This document shows, in pieces, positions 11,510 to 25,405 of a stretch of DNA of 64,000 nucleotides (within the stretch, counting starts at the first letter, position 1; each line of letters starts with the position of its first letter). Below the pieces are notes generated by a model. It saw only the letters and a program-made list of their open reading frames with translations. It was not told the origin of the DNA and made no database searches. The stretch is from Trypethelium eluteriae (Eukaryota): positions 1-64,000 of the forward strand of contig JAVECL010000014.1 of the NCBI GenBank assembly GCA_051942245.1, given 5' to 3'. A program made the position numbers and the translations under genes.

Positions 11510-13710
11510 ATACAGTTACCCTATATAGCAGATATCTTCATTACACCTTCTTGAAGATGTGATATCATGACCGCAATTAGCAGGCTCCTGGGCGTCCTTC
11601 GTATCATGTGGCACTCAGCCTCTGTACATGAACATCCTCGAGAGTGTCCGATCATGGCTTTGCCGATACTTCTCAGAACACCTACTCGGGAAAAGAAAGG
11701 GCCGAAACTGTAGCGGACGTGAGGAACTAGCAAGTAGACATCGAACTAGGACAGTAACAGTTTTGGCTTCTAGTCTTCTCTGGATAAGGAAATCTGTAGA
11801 TAGTTCAGCGGGCGAGTGACAAATCTCACAGGGGCACAAAAGGCTCACAACCTTGTTAGGCCCTCCCCAATAGGATGAGACCAAACATTTTCTCATCTCG
11901 AAGCGTTTGTCGGGTCACTTCGAAACTCTGGGTAATGTTGACAGTAGCGAGGTAATAAATGAGCGGCCGATAAGTTCGGCGCAGCTATTGCCGGCATGTC
12001 TATTTCATCTCATCAGCGCTCCAAAGTTCCGCTTCCCCGTATTAGGCATCTTCAAGCGTTCTTTCCATGATGTTTGATCGCATTTCACATTTATACTTAT
12101 GACCGACGGCTCTGGAAACAACGCTAACAATCCAATAGTTCTTGAGTAGGTTCGGAGTCCCATATCACAGGCAAGTCAGGCTTCTTGGCAAGTTCATTAA
12201 TGATCATAGTTTCTGGATACCAGGAATGAAGTGGAGACTTCCTTTTAGTTATGGACCGATAAGTCTGAGTCGAGCGAGAGCAAAGTCGATTACGACACTG
12301 TGTAGTTCTCGATGGCTCAAGGGTACGGAAACGATACCATCACTGATACATATCGGTGCCTCTTTAGGACATTTGTCCTATATCGAAGGAGCTATTGTTG
12401 ATGGTGTCGCTATCAATGGGATACTCCAAGCAACTGCAGCAACAAGCAGTAGCCAAGAGTTAGTCGGCTTGAACACAATGCCAAAGAATACTGAAGTGGA
12501 GCGGAAGGTCAATATTGTTGGAAAGTTTTCGAATGAAGAAGAAAAGGGCTAGTAGTTAGATGATCTTTGGGGAAAAACGAGGGAAGTCGATATTCTGGAG
12601 ATTCTCTGGAGAGACATCATCATGTAAGGTTATTGGACAGCAAGACTTATGAACTTTTTGCTAGATGGATCGGATAAACTTGACATAATTACATGTTAGA
12701 TGCTAGCGGTTGCTCGGGCTCGAAAATTGCCAGTTGACCACGAGGAGACACAGTCATGCCTGACCGTTATCCGAAGCGAGATTGACATCATGCATTGAAA
12801 ACATCAGATCTGGCGAAATTACCGTCGGGAGTTTCTTTAACCCCAATCATGATGAACCGACGAATAGGATTTCGCGATTTTAATGGCAGTGATTCATTTT
12901 TGAGGCAGTGATAGACGCTACTAGCGCAGCCAGTACCTCTTGCGCCGAAATTCATCAATGACATTCTTTCGTTGTAGATGGCATTGGAGTTGTCTGCATT
13001 GTCTCTCGGATCAATAAGTTCGAGGCGGTTTAAGATGTCGATGACGATCACGTCTGAGACGTCATCATGGTAAATACACGATGTTCAGTGCTACCTTTGG
13101 TCGAAGGAGCTGAAGCGTCAACACATCGTCAATAAACAACTAAACCTCAAAACGATTTGTTCACTTGTCACTGACCTGGCTGACTAGTAGCCTGAAGGGA
13201 TTCAGGAGAATGTAGGCTTCAGGCAAAACTAAATGGGCCGACCACGAGTGCAAGTATATGGCTTCCCTCGGAAGCTTGCTTGGCAGATCTATGGGGTTTC
13301 AGCGTTGTAAATTCAGCATGATATAAACTGTACTTACACAATCTCGAACCGGATGAAAGATTGTAAGCAAGACAAGATGTCTCCCCATTCCGCTTACCCC
13401 ATCCTTGAAACCTTTCATAAGTACAGCCACTCTGTTATGGATATGTGCTTACTAGCTTAGGACGCTCGAACTGCTTTTCGCCAAGCCAAGTGTTCGCTGG
13501 TGGTATACGGAGAATTCCATGGGTAAGTGAGGCTCCGACGGTCGATGACAGTCCTATGTCGTGCCTGAAATATACCAGGTCTCCACTTGGGAAACTGTGC
13601 CCAGAGCATCTCCAATTCTTAGTCTCTTCAGTTTACCACTGCTACGATCCTGCCGATTCTTCATTGAAATCTGTCGAAAATGTGCTTTTCTTCCCTAGCA
13701 GTGCAGTCTT

Positions 13711-15572
13711 CTATCCATCCATCTTCGCCTTCTTCACCATGCTCGCATTCTTATCTCCATTGACTACATCTTGTCCTTCGCCATCGTCATCTTCATCGTC
13801 ATCATCATCGTCATCCAGCACGACTCTCGCCATCTTTCTTTTTCTGTCCGCTTGTCTCTTCTCCTCTCCCGTATGCCCTTCCTCAATTGCAGAAGTGGCG
13901 GCCTTCTCCTCTCTTCGTCGCACAGTTTCCAGAATTCGTTCATAGTCATTCTGCACATTGGTCACGGCCTCGTTGAGTCGTTCGTCTTTTTCCCCATCTT
14001 CAAGATCAGCAAGTGAATCTCGATTATGTATCTTCAACCTCTCTTTGACCAAACATCGCCAAAAGTAGTATTCGCGATCTTTAGCTTGCGGGGCATTGTG
14101 CTTGTACGCTATTCGAGAGGCAGAACGATGAGAAGGCGGAATTGAGGTGAGGAGATGCATCTCCACAAGGCGATCGAATTCGCGATGGTGAATTTTCGAG
14201 GCTCTGTGAATGCCATTCCAGGACTTCATGTCTATCAACGACTCCAATGGTACAGCATCTTGCCTATTTTTCGGCAGTTTCAGTATAGCGTCCTTTGCAG
14301 TTTTTTCGTCGATTTTCAGATCTTGGAAGTCTGGTGCGACTGTAGCGTCGGCAAGATGCGATGGAATTGCGGAGTTCTTCAGTAATCGTGATAAATCGCT
14401 GTAGTCGCGGAGGTCATCGAAAGCTTCGTTGGGATCTTCGACTGTGATTTCAAGACACGAAGGATCGGCCAGGAAAAGTGAGATCATAGCGTTATAGAGT
14501 TGTGTCCCGTGGGCTCTTCCGCGGAAAGGAGGAAAAATCAAGAACTGCGAAATCCGTTCACGCACTGGAAAATCAACGTCCGCCATGGGATCGTGAGAAA
14601 GGTTTGATGAGCCTGTCGCAGAAGAGGGTGGAGTAAGCGTGGAAGCCTTATTTGGGAGGGATGAAGTTATTGAGGAACTGAGCTCATCTGGAGGGAAATT
14701 ATAGTCTTGAGGAAAGACGGGCTTCGGCGTTCGATTCGGAGCAAGATACCAGAGACGATAGGAAGTTGAATATCCAATGAGGCTGAATTTCGAGACTGCG
14801 GAGCTGGCCAAGCCATTGACACCGGAAGGGGAGATCTTATAAACAAGATAAAGTTTCCATCGGCGAAGTACATTCTCGTCAGCATCGTCAAGATTGATTA
14901 CTGTAGCACCTTCGATGAAAAGGGGCATGAGAATTTGAGCATTGCGAGCGATCTCCTGAGCTTGTGGATCCGTGAGATTCGAGCACCATATTTGATATGT
15001 ATCGCCAGAAACAGAATAACTGTATATGATCTTTCCTGGAGGAGTGAAAGCCGTTGCGGTTGTGTCGGTTTCTAAAGTGGACTTGAATCCTTCTAGAGAA
15101 CCAAATGCATCTGAGCTCTACCATTTAGTACTGGGCCATTATTATGAGAGCTCGCCAATGCTCACCCGGTGGTACGAAAGGTTCCATGGCCTTGTTGATA
15201 TCAAATGCTTCAATGTCCCCGATGGGGGCAAATTTCTTGGCATATCGCACATTTAGCTGAAGTCGCATATCATGTGCGGCAAAGTTGAGATCGACGTGCA
15301 AGGCCTTGTACCCAAAGATTGTTTCTTCCTCGCCGAACATGGGATAAGTATAGCTTGGGTGAAAGCTGTGCTCGCAGTGAACGGTGCCGTCCTGTTCGGA
15401 AACGCGCCATAATTTAATCTCGGTCGCGTCGTTGGAATCAATTGACCCTACACGAAAACGTCAGATCTGGTTCCAATGGCAGTGGGTACTGCAACGTGAA
15501 TGTACAGTTAGCTCCGAGTTCTGCCAGGCGCTCTTCTGAGCTCAAGTCAGGAGGCGGCGTAGAATGCGCCAT
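13711..15572 (-). CDS. HAT1: Histone acetyltransferase type B catalytic subunit
   Basis: FHPSYTYPMFGEEETIFGYK, RISQFLIFPPFRGRAHG and EITVEDPNEAFDDLRD. Two 5' introns. Acidic/basic C-terminal tail. Confidence 0.93.
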
Positions 15573-15986
15573 AATCTAGCGCGTAACTGAAGGAAGGCAA
15601 GCAATTCTCAATGCCCCTAGAGCCAAGGAGAACAGGTGGTTTGTGGGTTGACAGGGCCAGAAGGGAAAGAATGTTTACTCCGTTAGTATTCGAATGGAAA
15701 TTTCAAGGTCCCACGCGCTCGCGTCGGTACGCTCTAGTATCGAAACGCCAAGCGCGCGATGACGAGGCCCGATTCAAGACCCACGGGCAGCAAGTCCGAC
15801 TCCCTAACAAACTCCACGAGAGACCACATCTCCTACACGTTCTCTCCAACACCCCTTCTGATTTCGCTCATTCATTAAAGGCATTCCAGCGACCGCTGCT
15901 TCACTCTATTTCGGGATCAACTTACACCTTATTGAATCATGCGGTAATCGGACCTTCACCAACACGATCAACGTTTGACAGCGACC

Positions 15987-17450
15987 ATGTGGGACGGTCT
16001 CTTAGTATTGCTCACTTTGAGCACCATAATGGCCGTAGCGTAAGTTTACTCGACCTTGACTCATTGCAGACTGCCCAATGGCTAATATTACAAAGGTCAT
16101 TCCTTGCTGGAGCTCTTCCCCTATCCTTTGCCCTTTCCCAAAAATCGTTGCGGACAATCTCCGCCATTGGAACTGGGGTGCTCGTAGGCACAGCTCTCAT
16201 AGTCATCATACCCGAAGGGGTCGAAACTTTATACAGTTCACAGATGCCTGCTTCATCGCGATCGACTAGCAGGAACAATCTTCAAGTCCGGAATATTGAA
16301 GCGGTCACATTCCCTCTTGTGGGGCGAGGCTACGATCAGGATTACAAGGATCTTCAAAACAAGGAGAAGCTGCCTGGATGGGGAATTGAACGCGAGGGTG
16401 AAACCCTTGATGGTGACCCAGCAGAAGAAGAAGAATATGAAAGTGGCCGCGGAAGTGGATGGCTTAATCTTGGTGGATCCAGTAAGGATAGCAGCAAGGA
16501 TAAGACTGGCAGTTCCGGCAGTACCAAGAGTAGCAAGAGTAAAAATCAGGACAAGGCTGCCAGTCTAACCGGGTCGAACGTGCCGGAAAAGTTTCATGCT
16601 AGTACGACCCGTGGTAACGATCACGAATTACATGTTTGGATTGGCATCTCTCTTATACTGGGATTCATCCTCATGTACCTTATCGACCGACTACCACAAC
16701 ACGCACATGAGCGTGCTCATGCGAAACAGAAACCCATGCACATCTCGTTGAGTAACCTCTCCCAAGGTCTACACCGCGCATCCTCACCTTCTCCATCTCA
16801 TGTCGACGACGAAGAGGACATCGTTGATGTACCCCATGGCCCTGTCCAGAAAGGCTCATCAACAACCATTGGGCTCGTCATTCATGCTGCCGCCGACGGA
16901 ATCGCTCTGGGTGCGGGCTCGTCAATGTCCAGCTCCAATCTAGGGTTTATCGTCTTTGTAGCCATCATGATACACAAAGCACCGGCTGCGTTTGGCCTCA
17001 CGAGCGTTTTGCTGAAACAGGGCTTGACAAGACGAACAGCCAGAACACATCTCGTAATCTTTAGTCTGGCAGCGCCGTTCGGTGCTATCTCGACATTTAT
17101 TGCTGTACATCTATTCGGCAGTGGGATTTTGGGTGGTGAAAATGGGACAAAGTTTGTTACAGGCGTACTACTACTTTTCTCCGGAGGAACTTTTCTGTGG
17201 GTGTTCTGGCCTATCTCTCTTGAAGTTCAGAGCTAATATTTGCGATAGGTACGTTGCTATGCATACAATGCAAGAGAACGCTGGCCATGAACACGCAATG
17301 GCTACAACTAACGGACATGCGGATCAAGCCGTGTATGAGCCGTTCGGGCGCAATGGACACAAAAAGGCAGGTCCGTCATTGGGTGATACCTGTTGGGGCA
17401 TTTTTGGCATGCTTTTACCACTTCTGACGCAGTTCGGGCATTCACATTAG
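15987..17450 (+). CDS. ATX2: ZIP-family Zn/Mn transporter (ATX2/ZIP9-like)
   Basis: MWDGLLVLL start; SFLAGALPL, GLVIHAAADGIALG, IHKAPAAFGL and a C-terminal GHSH. Introns at about 16040-16094 and 17197-17248. Confidence 0.85.
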
Positions 17451-18477
17451 ATAGAGCGATCTTAATTTACGTGTACAAAATCTTGGATTAGTGAAGTTCG
17501 CTCCCGTCTCGACCGAACTAGATCCAATAAACAACCTGGGCTATGCCTGGTACGCTGGATATTGAGATCCCGTCTCACCGTCAGCTGAGATAGACTGCAC
17601 GTGGCCGCACAGCAAGAGAACCCTAGCTCTCAGCGTCCAGAAATGTTCTTGCAACGGTAGTGGTAGATGTTACACTACGTCGGATGTTTGATGACACACC
17701 CATCTTGTATCAACTTGAGGGGCTTTGGTGGCTACCAACATCGAAGATTGGGGGGTTACACATTGATACTGTACGCGCCATAAGAGTTGAAGTGGGAAGT
17801 ACCCCACCAACAAAGACTTCCAGAAGAGGGTAGACGCGCTTATTTGCATGATATAGATTTTTCAGTAGGGCAAGGAATATGAAAAAGGCGTTGGGTGGTA
17901 TTGAATTATTCCCAAATCGGTACTCGGATGGCTTTGGCAGCTCCCAGATCCAGGGTACTCTACCTGTAGGTTTAGTGAAGTCTGCCGTGAGGGTGAGGTC
18001 AGCAGCAGAGTCGGCCTCGCCCCTGTGCCCGAACATGACATGTACGACACCGCACACTCTCTTAAACATTGACTGCCTCGACACCGAAACTTCTCTCTAA
18101 GTACTCAGGTATTCGCTACTAAATCTCTCTCGTTGCTCTTCATTGTCTACATAGTAGACTGATCTTTCACTCAGCCTCTCTTACGCTTCTCCTCCCATAC
18201 CGCCCAGGCCGAAACACTAGTCGCGACCAAGCTCGCTCTCCCCTCTCGTCACCCATTCTCGCCTCCAACTGTTCCCTCAAAGCTGTCGTGCCTTGGCCAG
18301 GGCGTGCCGTCGTGTTGCATGGTCGCCCAGCAAACAGAGCTGTGTTCGAACCACAACAAAGCTACTTTGTCTACCGAGAGTTCTAGGACAACCTCACCCA
18401 TACTTCCCGACTCCGACGACCAACATTACCTTCTCCGAAGAAAGCGCATTTGCGTTCGACCTGCCTCGACGTCCGAC

Positions 18478-21197
18478 ATGAACCGAGACTACGACATTCG
18501 GGACGAAAACGAAGCGCCTTCAAACCGCAACTTTGACCGCAACTTTGAGATGGAGTCAGACGACGATGAACCTGCTTCAACTTCGACAATGTCAACTCCT
18601 CCCTCCTTTGCGTCCGCTTCAGCATCCAGGTCACGGAAGAGAAGCCTAGTAACTCGATCTCAGCCAAGACAGATCCGGACCCCAAGTAGCCCCATGGCAT
18701 CTACTATACCGGGCAACCTTCTCCCTTCAGCACCGGCTTCACCGCCTACTCCAGCACCAAGTCCCACACCTACACAGCGAGCTCCAGACTGGAGTACAGC
18801 AGCCGAGCATGAAGATCATCACGTTCGAGATATAAGAGCACGGTTCGCGGATATGAATGATGCAGAGAAACAGCGATTGCTCGCTGAGCTGCTGAATATG
18901 TGCAACAGCCACCAATTAGCCTTCGTCCATGACTTTGTCAGTCCGCGACTAAAGAAAGACCCGTTTATTACGCTTCCAACGGAGCTCTGCTTACGAGTAT
19001 GTATTCCTCTTTTTCTTCGACCTCCATCTTGCCTCCTGGATACTAGCACCGTCGCTTTCCAATCTAACTACCCCTCTGTAGATCCTTACCTTTATTGATG
19101 ATCCTACCACGCTCGCCCGTTCTTCTCAAGTGTCTAAGCGGTGGAGGGAGCTGGTATCCGATGATATGGCCTGGAAATCACTTTGCGAAAAGCATGCCTA
19201 CCGCCGACTTAGCAATGAAGAGTCACAGAGTGCACCGCCGCAGGTCACCACCCCTACCACCACCATCACGCAACAAACAGAAGATCCATCTCTCGTGCAT
19301 TCCGCCAAGTTCTCTTCATTCAAAAACATTCACTCTAACCCTCTCCCCCTCCCGACAGTCCAGGCTCCTGATCTCCTAAGAACAAGAAGTGTCGACCGTG
19401 CAGTTCCTGTCCGTCATCGTCGCAGACCTAAGGCGATGTCATATCGGTCTCACTTCAAGCAACGCTATCAGGTTGAAACCGCTTGGCGAAGTGGCGGACA
19501 TGTCATACCAAGGCAAATTCAGCCCGACCAAGGGGTTGTGACAAGTCTACATCTGACCGATCGGTACATCGTCGTTGCTCTGGATAACGCTAAAATACAT
19601 GTGTTCGACACTGAAGGACAGCATCAAAGAACACTTCAGGGTCACGTCATGGGCGTGTGGGCCATGGTTCCATGGGGCGACACTTTGGTCAGTGGCGGAT
19701 GTGATAGGGATGTGAGGGTTTGGAACATGGCTTCAGGGTGAGTCTAAAAACCCGCAGCTCTATCCTCTGGTCGAGTGGGAATGTGATAAAGTGCGACACG
19801 CACATGGAAAGAAAGTCGAAAAGGCTCGAGGAGCAATGCAGAGACAAGTTGGCTAATACAAGCCTAATGACAGGCAACCAGTTCACACGCTTCACGGTCA
19901 CACTTCTACCGTCCGATGCCTCAAAATGTCAGATTCAAGTACCGCAATCTCCGGTTCGCGAGATACCACGCTTCGCATTTGGGATATTCAAAAGGGTATA
20001 TGCAAGCACGTGTTAGTTGGTCACCAAGCGTCGGTCCGCTGTCTCGAAATACATGGCGATGTAATTGTCAGCGGGAGTTACGACACTCACGCTAGGATAT
20101 GGAGCATCAGCGAAGGAAAATGTCTCAGGACCTTGACCGGTCACTTTAGTCAAATCTATGCAATTGCATTTGACGGAAGACGCATTGCAACCGGAAGCTT
20201 GGATACCAGCGTGAGGATATGGAATCCAAGCGATGGGTAAGCTATTTTCCCCTGTTCTGTATCAGATTTGAGATTCCGAAAGTCGATCGTGAAGCTCAGG
20301 GTCAGCGTCAAATTTCATAACGGAAGCTAATTCCCTGGGTCCCATAGCAAATGCCTGGCGGTTCTCCAAGGACATACCTCCTTAGTTGGTCAACTCCAAA
20401 TGCGGCATGACACTCTGGTGACAGGCGGATCTGATGGTAGCGTGCGGGTTTGGTCGTTACAACATTATCAACCTATCCACCGACTCGCAGCCCATGATAA
20501 TAGTGTCACGAGCCTCCAATTTGATGATGCAAGAATTGTATCAGGCGGCAGTGACGGCAGAGTGAAGGTCTGGGATCTCAAGAGAGGAACCTTAGTACGT
20601 GAACTATCTCAACCGGCGGATGCAGTTTGGCGAGTTGTTTTTGAGGAGGAAAAAGCCGTAATAATGGCCAGCCGGGCACAGAAGACTGTGATGGAGGTAA
20701 GCATGTCTATTCGTTCAACACGACGCTCTTGGTATTATAAAATTGCTTTGCCCGCACTTCTTTCCCCATCTAGATGCTTTGGACTACATTATTGATGTTA
20801 CGACTTCTTGCAGGTATGGTCCTTCGCCCCTCCTCCCACCACCTCACCGACAGACTTCTATTCCGACGTCCCTCCACCTTCGGCCTCCATTTCCTCTCTC
20901 CCTGGCTCTTCAACCAATTCGTCTTTCCATCATCCAAGCCGCTCGGTTCAGTCACCGCAACCACCGCGACCATACTCTACATCGATGCTTCAGGCTCCGA
21001 GTAGTTCCAGCAGGAGTGGCAGTCCGGTGAGCATGCCAGATCATACAACGGCAGATTATGAAGAGACGAGACAGACAGTCACTAAAGAGGATGTCGAAAT
21101 GCTTGATGCTTTCGCTATCGAACAGAGCATGAGGAACGGTTTAGGGGGTGGAAGCGCCGCTGAGAGCAGCGCCCAGGGGGCTAGAAGAAATTTGTGA
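18478..21197 (+). CDS. F-box/WD40-repeat SCF substrate receptor (CDC4/FBXW7-like)
   Basis: F-box DPFITLPTELCLR. WD repeats SGGCDRDVRVW, SGSRDTTLRIWD, SGSYDTHARIW, TGSLDTSVRIW and GGSDGRVKVWD. Four introns. An alternative in-frame start lies at 18319. Confidence 0.9.
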
Positions 21198-23342
21198 TGG
21201 TACTGCGAGTAAAATTGCATGCAGCGGTTCCATTCGGTAGAGCATGGTAATGCGACCGGGTTTTCTTTTTTATGGTGATATGGCAACCAGCTCCCTTTAG
21301 CGATGCTATCGCTTCCCCTTCATACAATTTGCAGATTTATCCACAAATCATCTGCGGGTTTAACTCCTCACGAAATGAGACGAATGTGCTGGTTGATCTA
21401 GCAAATATATTTGTTCTTTCCAGTCTACAAATGCAAACGCGACGCTCCGCATACCTTTCCATGCTACTAGATTGCACGTGCCTCGTAGATGACTGAATGG
21501 TTGGCATCGACGTTTACGTTTCCACATCAAGAAAGATTGAGTGACCGCAGAGAGCTATTCAGCTAGCCCCAAAATCGCCGAATCTTCATTGCGATCAGAC
21601 TTGAACTCTGATCGCTAAATGAGAAACATAGAGCACAGTGAGGTGGAACATCCCGAACACTAAAGAGAAGAGGCAATTGATGATACGATACGTTAATAAG
21701 GGTTATGATATTGCTAGACATGAGACAAAGGCTGCTGTTCGTCACTATTTGTACTCTTGTCTAAAATCCCGAGTCTCCTATCTTCAATACCTGTTCCCCT
21801 ATCTAATTTCCCGGGCCAGATTCAGATTTACACACTGGTATGCGTGGATGCCTCGATCTTCCTGTTCAGAGGCCTGGTGTTCTCACAGCATACGTCGACA
21901 AGACCGAATTAGCCTCTATCTCCCAAGCTTCATTCATGCCCCAGATTGCAGCCTGTGTCGCTCTTACTATCCACCATAACGTCCAATTCCGGCATCCTTC
22001 TTCCACTTCCATTGCATGATCCTCATGTAGGCTTTCGCCCAAGCTAATAAAAGGCGTACTATCTGGTGTCGGTGTCAATTCAGAGACAGTATCAACATGA
22101 ATGATGCATATTTGCGCTCGATGTTATAGACTGAGCTTCATTTGAAGGGACACCCTAATAAGCACAAGTCCCCAATCAAGCAGGCTCGGCAGCCGGCAAG
22201 TTTTAATGTAGCCATAATTAGAATTGAAATAGCGCGCCTTTCCCAGACTCATCGCCGTAGCATATTCACGTACTAGCTCAAACCCTGTAGTACCGGCAGA
22301 ATTATATGAGGGCTCAGGGAGCTGTTCAATCCTCTTTGCAACAGCTTTTACAAGACCCGTTTGCTTCTTTCTCAAATCACGCATGTCAATTCAAGTGGAA
22401 AGAAAGACGCTGTGCCAAGAAGAGTGGGTCAAGTTCTACAGGCGGTAATAAAGCCAAGAGAAAGAAGATATAGAGAGTGCTGAAGGTGAAGTTGTAAAAC
22501 AAGTATCTACAGGAACCCATATGGAGTATGCAGTGATAACCCCATATGCAACGTCTACAGGACTGCAGTCTCACTTCCATACCTCCTCTTTTCACCTCTC
22601 TCATCGGAACTCTACACTATCACAGCTACTTATTGGATCCTCAGTCATGACCCCTGTTGCCTCCACAGATAATAAGCGCGGTAAGGAGAGGCATCCTTGC
22701 CCTCGATATGATCAAATGAGCCTCATCTACAACGAAACCCCCAACAAACGTAGATCCCCTAAGTGAGCGGGTTTGGCGGTCTGCAAGTCATCTCTAGAAT
22801 CCATCGTGTAGCCATCTTCAAGTTTGTGCTCCTCCTTACCTTCGCGTACGTAGATGTTGCTGAGAGTTCGCACAGATAGCCAATCCATCTGCCTTGTGTA
22901 TACGTAAGACCTGGGCCACCGATGGTGACCATGACGTACTGCCAGGTGAATGGGATGCGGGAGGCGAAGCAGTGGGTTGCACTGTGAACAATGAATTGAC
23001 CGGCTTGAAACGACATTGCATTGATCACACCTGGAAATCATTGTCAATTCGCTCGAGTAGAGTGGAGTTGGAATTTGAGAAGACACTGTTTCGAAAGCCC
23101 AAACTGTGATGCAAAGAGATGTTATGGTCTTGTAAACACGGAGAGAGATGGTGGAATGCTGAGATGCCATTGTAGTTGATACGTGCCGCAGATGATGTTT
23201 CTAAGAAACTCCAACCAACAGATAAGCTTGTTAGATAATCGTGGCATCCGGATGATTGTAACAGATGAAATCAAATCCATGCTTGTGATCATATAGTGTA
23301 TGCCATTGTGCAATTTTGACGTTAACATTGTCGTTATTCTGG

Positions 23343-24824
23343 TTACCACGGACGAGGCCCCCCAAGAGCTTTGCGAAACTCTTGGGCATATTCCAATGTC
23401 CTACTGCAGTCACTCTCTGTCTGCTTCTGTCGAGCCTCTACCATCCACTCCTTGATCTGCTGAATGCGACTATGACTGCTTGGATGGGTACTTAGAAACT
23501 GTGGTGGAACTCCTCCCCTTTTTTTCTCCTCCCTTTCCATGGCTTCCCATAGTCCCACCGCCGCCTCTGGCTCAAAGCATGCTTGCGCCATCAACATCAT
23601 CCCGATATAGTCTGCCTCTGCTTCTTGGGTACGTGAGCCAGGCTTGGACAGCACCAGATCAACACTGAGCTGGGAAACTATGTCAGGGATGCCAACGAAC
23701 TGGCAAATCCAGATCAAAGGCATATACACTGCAAGAGAGGAGGAAAGACGTTCGGCAGAATGGTGAGCGAGAGTGTGCGCGATTTCATGGGCGAGAACCG
23801 TAGCCAAGCGAGACTGGTTATTGGCCACCGAAAGGATGCCGCTGAACACGAAGACTTTCCCACTAGAATAATAGTTTGTTAATAAACAGACAATAGACGC
23901 CACTTTACATGACGCTCAAGCTGTACCATCTCGGCATAGCGAATAGGCGAAAATTTGATTTGAGGTTACCGAGAGCGCAACCTACCCAGGAATTACAAAT
24001 GCATTTTTCTCTTCACTATCAATAACGTATACTTCCCATTTGAGGTCGTCCATGCCTACAGTAGGTAGGAGTCTCTCCAATACATGCTGAACTGTTCTCA
24101 CTGTCGGATTTCCGTTGGGCAGTATCCTCCCACGATACTCTTGGATAATTTGTCGATATTGCTGCTGTGCAAAGGATCTCTCTGCATCTGGGGAAATGAT
24201 ATTGAAACGTCGACGGCCAGATACCTGTTTAAAACATCTGCATTCAGCGTTTTGATCATCGTATTCAAATCAGTCCGCCACCAGAACTCCCTTAGCGGCT
24301 TCCTTATGACCAATACAAATTCATTTCCACATAAAGCTAGCCCTCGTTGAGGCTTATATTCGCAGATATGATATGCCCTCATCTCATACTCAAGATCTTG
24401 TAAGGATGTTCAGACCTACCGGTACCGTCTCCATATTCCACTCATAGAATGCCACTGCCAGCACTCCGATTCCGGCGACTTCATACCAAAATGTTGGTCG
24501 TCGCCGCCAAATTTCAAATACATGTTGTCCTTGTGTGAACCTTGTATAAGGATCCGACTTCCTGTAGTAGTGTTGCCATCTCTTCTGACCCTCTCGTGTG
24601 ACCGTCGTAGATTTATTGGTTTGCCAAAGGGCTCGAGATTTTGAATAGTCTTGAAGGTAACGAAATTGGAACTCAGGAGGATGGTACTTTCGTAGATGTG
24701 GGAGCTGCAGTCGAGTGTTGTTTGTAAACTGGACGCTTTTTTTGGTATGATTCTGCGCGAACAGAGAGGGTTGGATTTTAACCCGCTGGGTAACTCGAGG
24801 CGCGAATCGTGAGGCCAGCATCAT
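23343..24824 (-). CDS. OMA1: Mitochondrial metallopeptidase, M48 family
   Basis: Basic presequence; ETVP|VSGRRRFNII, NAFVIPG, the HEIAH zinc motif, SRTQEAEAD and FLSTHPS. Two introns. Confidence 0.9.
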
Positions 24825-25405
24825 ATCTGTGCAGGAATTGCATGTTTTTTACCAGCTCCTATGATTTCTCTGCATTTCAATGAGGTATAAAGTACTCGAC
24901 GTCGGTAATGGACAAAATGTATGATACCGCCGTAAGACCGACCCATCATGAAATGGCTGGCCCTGCAGACATTGGGGATGGGATGGTAAGTCGTAGGCTT
25001 ATCTAAGCGAGAATTCAAATCGTGGCCAACAAGTTTGCACAGATTCAAATCAAAAAAGCATCACCGCTGCCGGAGGCGTGAGGTACTAAGAAGTCTTGTC
25101 GAAGGTATACTCAGTCTCTGTATCAAACATGTAATCTTCAATTACTCTCCAGATATTCTCTTGAGAACGCTAAGGTAGCCAAGTCTATGGTGGCTAAGTC
25201 TAACGTGGCTAAGGCGGAGTCCGCGAGACGACACCAAATCGGCTGCTGCCGATGTCAGCCACATTGGGACGCCGCTGTGGCGCAAGTCGATTTTCAAACA
25301 TCCGAGGCACTCTGGTCTGTACGAAAGATGACCATTTCTCCAATCTAAAATTGCAAGTGTCGCTTTCCTTGAGAAAACCTCGAATGCTCTCACCACAATC
25401 AAGAT

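Noticed and set aside
12060..13080. Minus-strand fragments, including a hydrophobic stretch (TSVFFGIVFKPTNSWLLLVAAVAWSIPL) vaguely like CorA-type TM helices
   Set aside because: Multiple stops and no coherent exon chain. It may be a decayed gene but cannot be supported without a homology search.
15611..15986. Long N-terminal extension of the ZIP ORF in the ORF track
   Set aside because: It spans the HAT1/ZIP bidirectional promoter and reads through an intron. The real start is the MWDGL exon at 15987.
21500..23300. Several short ORFs (e.g. 22124-22384 and 21866-22078, minus strand)
   Set aside because: No recognisable motifs or consistent splice model.
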